64,000 nucleotides of DNA from Naegleria gruberi (Eukaryota): the NCBI GenBank assembly GCA_000004985.1, contig GG738914.1; one strand, given 5' to 3'. Shown here piece by piece: positions 62,501 through 64,000 of the stretch. The translations under genes and the position numbers were made by a program. The notes below the pieces were generated by a model. The model made no database searches. It was not told the DNA's origin and saw only the letters and a program-made list of their open reading frames with translations. Each line of letters starts with the position of its first letter. Positions within the stretch are counted from its first letter, which is position 1.

Positions 62501-63973
62501 TTGCCCATCATATTGATAGCCATTTGTTCCTGAAATATTGCCCGCAATTAGTTTTAAAGATTTTGTGTAAATATTAAACTTGTTAATAAAGCAATTAGCA
62601 TTACCATTAGCGTCTGCTACAGAATTAACAATATATAAATCCTCCCATGTTTTTTTATCAGTAACTACTTCAGAAATTGGCATTTCAAAAGTTATTAAGG
62701 GATTCAAAAGTCCAGTCCTTTCAGACAATCTGAATATTGATTTTTTATCAGTTGAAAATAGGATAATGTCTCCATTTCTATATGTTTTGATTGGTTTCAG
62801 TCCTAATACAAACTGAAAACCGTATGAGTAAGTCGAATACGAAAAATCAATTGCTAATTTTCCAACAATAGTTTTGATTTTTGAATCCTGATTGGCCTTT
62901 ACAATATTCCCACTGAATGAAATGTAATAAGTAAAGTAATTCTCCTTTGGAACGATTTTCATTCCCTTAATAGAAGGTAATGAAACATTTTGCAAAGTTT
63001 GGTCAGTTCTTGTAAAATCGAGAGACTCTCCAACTCCAAACAATAACACAATTCTTCCATCTTTTGAAATCTTTCTAATAATGGTATCATCACTGAAATA
63101 AATTTCACTATCAATAACAGCCATCAACTTGGGAGAATTAAGACATGCGTTTGTGGCAAACCCGTCATAAGTTACGTTAAACGTGCAACTGTCTTTCAAA
63201 CCAGATACCTTGTAAAATCTACCATTCTCAATCTTCATAATTACATATATATTATTAATAGAAATAGTAAAATAAACGGTACCATTGCTTGCAAGAATGG
63301 AAGTTGGTGTCTTAATGTCGGTTGAACTCGCAATGGATCCATCAACAGGTATGGTCGTTGATACAGCATTAGATCCTGCAATTGTAACAATACTTCCTGT
63401 TGTATTCAGCTTTCTAATCTTGTTGACTTCAATAGTGTACACGTTACCCATTTCATCGTAGGTAAAGCTAACTACTGAGAATTGAAAAGAAGCAACTGTT
63501 CTCACTCTATTATCAACCTTGGAAATTACTCTCAATTTAAACGAGGAATCAACATAGGTACATTCTCCTGTTAAGGATGTTGTAAGATACTTGACCGTGG
63601 CCGAAACTTGTGTAGTATCAACTCCATCACTTGATGATGTTCCCTTACCCAAGTAAATACTCACAGTCTTATTTGCCTCGAAATATCTTCTTAAAATTGT
63701 TCCATCACGGAAAACAACGTCTCCACCCTCCATAATACATATTTCGGTGGGTGTTATTGATACCAAGTTATAAGGAAGTGGTGAGGCTGTTTTAAAATCA
63801 ACAGGATTTACAATTGCTTTCTTCGTAGACAAGTAATTCGGAATAGCCTCAACCATACAAGTCTGAAGAAGAAGAATACAACAACAACACAAACTTGCAG
63901 CCACCGCAACAAGAAGCGCCTTAAAAAACAATGGTGATGGCGCACAAAGGGAAGGAGCCTTAATCATCATCAT
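56561..63973 (-). CDS. Giant (2470-aa) type I membrane glycoprotein: signal peptide, beta-propeller-like repeats, two EGF clusters split by an N/S/T-rich sequon stalk, large extracellular region, C-terminal TM and short basic tail
   Basis: N-terminal MMMIKAPSLCAPSPLFFKALLVAVAASLCCCCILLL is a signal peptide. EGF modules (CSGRGDCTLNDFCECYDNYYAEDC..., CSGHGNCFSNDSCQCNSLYEGVSC...) flank about 330 aa of N/S/T low complexity. C-terminal LALYGLFGLFGLLVVCCCGIMIVIISILIV is a TM helix, followed by RCLRRKKRTF. ATG at 63973. Confidence 0.7.
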   Translation of the reverse strand: MMMIKAPSLCAPSPLFFKALLVAVAASLCCCCILLLQTCMVEAIPNYLSTKKAIVNPVDFKTASPLPYNLVSITPTEICIMEGGDVVFRDGTILRRYFEANKTVSIYLGKGTSSSDGVDTTQVSATVKYLTTSLTGECTYVDSSFKLRVISKVDNRVRTVASFQFSVVSFTYDEMGNVYTIEVNKIRKLNTTGSIVTIAGSNAVSTTIPVDGSIASSTDIKTPTSILASNGTVYFTISINNIYVIMKIENGRFYKVSGLKDSCTFNVTYDGFATNACLNSPKLMAVIDSEIYFSDDTIIRKISKDGRIVLLFGVGESLDFTRTDQTLQNVSLPSIKGMKIVPKENYFTYYISFSGNIVKANQDSKIKTIVGKLAIDFSYSTYSYGFQFVLGLKPIKTYRNGDIILFSTDKKSIFRLSERTGLLNPLITFEMPISEVVTDKKTWEDLYIVNSVADANGNANCFINKFNIYTKSLKLIAGNISGTNGYQYDGQSSLDISIINLMYIQYLNNSIYYSDNKFRIIQVSLSDLTIKCVLGVGYSQGMSLSGLNSDAMNVEFDSLHQITSNPKNGNLILRTKYLISYIDNQNKVRPLVGKKEDSPDFTDFPAPADDIVTGLEDQPMGFHPISNNLFFVYKNYLLEYVNSTFVRKVLNTTNTIDDITFRKSTGHIYYSSGYSIFDYDPQTDSNLKVLTESGTMYLCMMSDDTTIAYSVKDSYRLTKYNLVTRLTTSISLSLIPPPGTFTYTFLVQAILCTENNEILVAFERKGGVSTAYGILQVSSSNIFKPIYEMPFKPLSITLRNGTLIISSNQGVYKTNTTLIAGKAKKIPIENHPISTNGWTIDSNGDIYFVKLSNRNLIKKAVRADGFVIDVIGNGTVDSETAFTTSSNSHLSDFVGGSYYGEVVPYFWYSPSEDKYFTNSNLKSFSIGTSSFTKDEDILFSNSNGIYIYNVVCERDRYGYCLQNFTCFGIFYNNDASCSGRGDCTLNDFCECYDNYYAEDCSLTTCFGIMSNQSNVCNGHGECVDFNSCKCKDNHYGEDCSVISCFDFPSTDANVCNGNGTCVGKDLCDCNQNYFGVNCNETAGNNQNLNVSNFGNDTSISNNSSANNYTSFDNSTNSNLTIFNNSSLDLNNSTNQNSSILSNTTNVDNSSNFTNLSNNTAFNSTSNCTIGVYCNNTIGSSNGTVSNNRSVDNSTFTNTTNFNNSYNNATTGIDNNSTSISNTTVDASNSTTVWNNTINNVTNSNVNGTNLNNTMSTNSTVYNNNNTIANSTVFNSTISNNSTLNKNSTSSVNSTINNSTSSNVNNSTTSTTNSTSTISTSPPISFCFGHEANDSRVCSGHGNCFSNDSCQCNSLYEGVSCENKKVSCFGILQSNAIVCSGHGSCLSEDYCQCESGYFGSRCFLSVSSQPKFNSLGNTLEFHFNTSIVISNGVLECSKVVNEKSFSQLGKNPSCYWKDGNFFIELGGQYSIIPYSNISLIINGLDIIYTPIPRYISLLLLPSNNPVKPIINISFKNTISPCEQIAIDASGSYCGDLKPVKFIWSIESSPDSNFNLQQVSFGDFNSTLTSNSISISGSYVFGLIAESSLSGARSEKKFIEIIKSIVPNPTLSLLTNKMSLTNIEKGSLPIIVKKSIELPSCYFDNREFDYIWEKLSGPSTINYQIDSNNDLVITEILSNGDESYSFGVKAISKFNPNSNATLLIPLSSKSRDLLLNIYVSSLNTNQADVIVENSDPDNIDSVSDSWNWSCFDRVSNQACQDSTISNILTHYAITKSSTCQIPKGSLSKVSLTLSIQKGLRSISKSLDIDYPNTELLIPPVISLISVYPNRFKVLKDEVLSLQLSVILGGDEKQTDEEDMIREWSINGNSLTNSMISKMSTQPSKSSSLILSLLELLEDGEYEIEFQVSDRRNNLSSRFSYKFKIVKSPKSCLCYINPSYGYALETEFSFSCPGCQNAEQSIDFVFGFIDDKSGTKIPLYNLGEKFASYLPSPFSSNVMDTFVDIVDLDTGASVEFIKSVEVKTPTASSMLQIKNKVKVWQLKAASLLPSDSAKLVFNSATISRTSELMISNLITSRKLAENEAGIAYELRDEMLDSMILGLNQRNPLELISDIHFRVYSFGLESLASNCDSINSLPFEKLFNLTEKLMVMAAKNTKFRVAEGVEKLCSSLFNNIIRLTGDSKLQDTYRVLDSIKIFSNVLMRSYYVGQKDYSVNLSHYSTVSLLSYKNQQVKKLMTSDGGNSSLVFDAIDTSVSNRLVLEASFFSVTDHLGVYYSLKQVSNVQTIKISDLEEIETKTTFKSLSKIVSVEKKFTADITFSFNLGNEYNFSNINVKNTFESTSDNIEQRTSVFSTIECVLIDNIISLTSNHTCSTTISAPVIYCNCSKSVTSLIVVEKTISNSTITQLEHETSISPRTSSNLALYGLFGLFGLLVVCCCGIMIVIISILIVRCLRRKKRTFEKSKPQDVELMTV
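60014..60745 (-). repeat. Low-complexity coding repeat: Asn/Ser/Thr-rich, N-glycosylation-sequon-dense mucin-like stalk inside the giant glycoprotein gene
   Basis: About 730 nt of AAT/AGT/ACT-rich imperfect repeats encoding ...NVSNFGNDTSISNNSSANNYTSFDNSTNSNLTIFNNSS...NSTSTISTSPP. Both strands throw spurious ORFs here (60124..60468, 60219..60461, 60468..60653). Confidence 0.6.
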
Positions 63974-64000
63974 GTGCCGGTATTATTTTTAAGAGTTAGT

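Noticed and set aside
1-64000. Prokaryotic-type features (operons, CRISPR arrays, RBS-led gene sets, defence islands)
   Set aside because: The gene content (actin, tubulin, eL31, spliceosomal introns, nuclear tRNAs with introns, LINE) is eukaryotic nuclear throughout. No direct-repeat/spacer arrays or co-directional operon-like blocks are present.

Overview
This window is a gene-dense, AT-rich (about 30% GC by eye) nuclear segment from a eukaryote, not a prokaryote. It is most likely a mitochondrion-bearing protist, possibly amoeba- or heterolobosean-like, but I cannot assign a species from sequence alone. The evidence: canonical actin, alpha-tubulin and ribosomal protein eL31 genes, three to four nuclear-type tRNA genes, short spliceosomal introns, mitochondrial-type acyl-CoA dehydrogenase and small Tim genes, a non-LTR retrotransposon, and no operons or CRISPR.

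Coordinate precision: the supplied ORF track uses alternative start codons (TTG/GTG), so I re-derived ATG starts from the ORF coordinates; coordinates placed by hand-counting (tRNAs, the snoRNA, introns not anchored to an ORF) may be off by 1-2 nt.

I support about 40 protein-coding genes, many on alternating strands with short intergenic spacers. Recognisable products:
- Cytoskeleton and chromatin: an Arp5-like actin-related protein, a divergent alpha-tubulin paralog, canonical actin, and a minimal divergent actin-fold protein.
- Mitochondrial: a spliced short/branched-chain acyl-CoA dehydrogenase (two introns) and a small Tim9/10-family protein.
- Membrane and secretory: a P4-type phospholipid flippase, three different glycosyltransferases (GT61-like, GT34-like, GT8-like), and a multi-pass membrane protein.
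- Signalling and DNA maintenance: a PRL/PTP4A phosphatase, a RAD1 (9-1-1 clamp) homolog, and a 3'-5' exonuclease-domain protein.
- Repeat-rich families: four F-box/LRR proteins, a Sel1-repeat protein, a DUF4116-repeat protein, and two giant EGF-repeat glycoproteins.
- Others: a spliced LOG-family protein, an APH/choline-kinase-fold protein, and an Atg11/FIP200-like coiled-coil protein.

Introns, where I could define them, are 40-60 nt and begin GTATGT, GTAAGT or GTTAGT and end YAG. One longer (about 248 nt) first intron is inferred for an EGF gene.

RNA genes are two identical tRNA-Gly(GCC) copies about 43 kb apart, a tRNA-Cys(GCA) with a 17-nt intron, a tRNA-like 3' fragment, and one candidate C/D-box snoRNA.

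One 5'-truncated LINE-type retrotransposon (RT, RNase H, CCHC) sits antisense and abuts the RAD1 start codon.

I found nothing resembling a prokaryote-style defence or biosynthetic system. The observations most worth a second look are:
- a tight cluster of three paralogous AIG1/GIMAP-like P-loop GTPases in +/-/+ orientation, one fused to an N-terminal UBA-like domain and a C-terminal hydrophobic anchor;
- a membrane-anchored minimal actin-fold protein;
- the LINE insertion abutting RAD1;
- decayed fragments of a DNA ligase I gene (19-nt insertion flanked by a 6-bp direct repeat) and of an amino-acid transporter;
- a small Cys-rich ORF the track missed.

All functional calls rest on motif and homology recognition by eye. 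No database searches were run.
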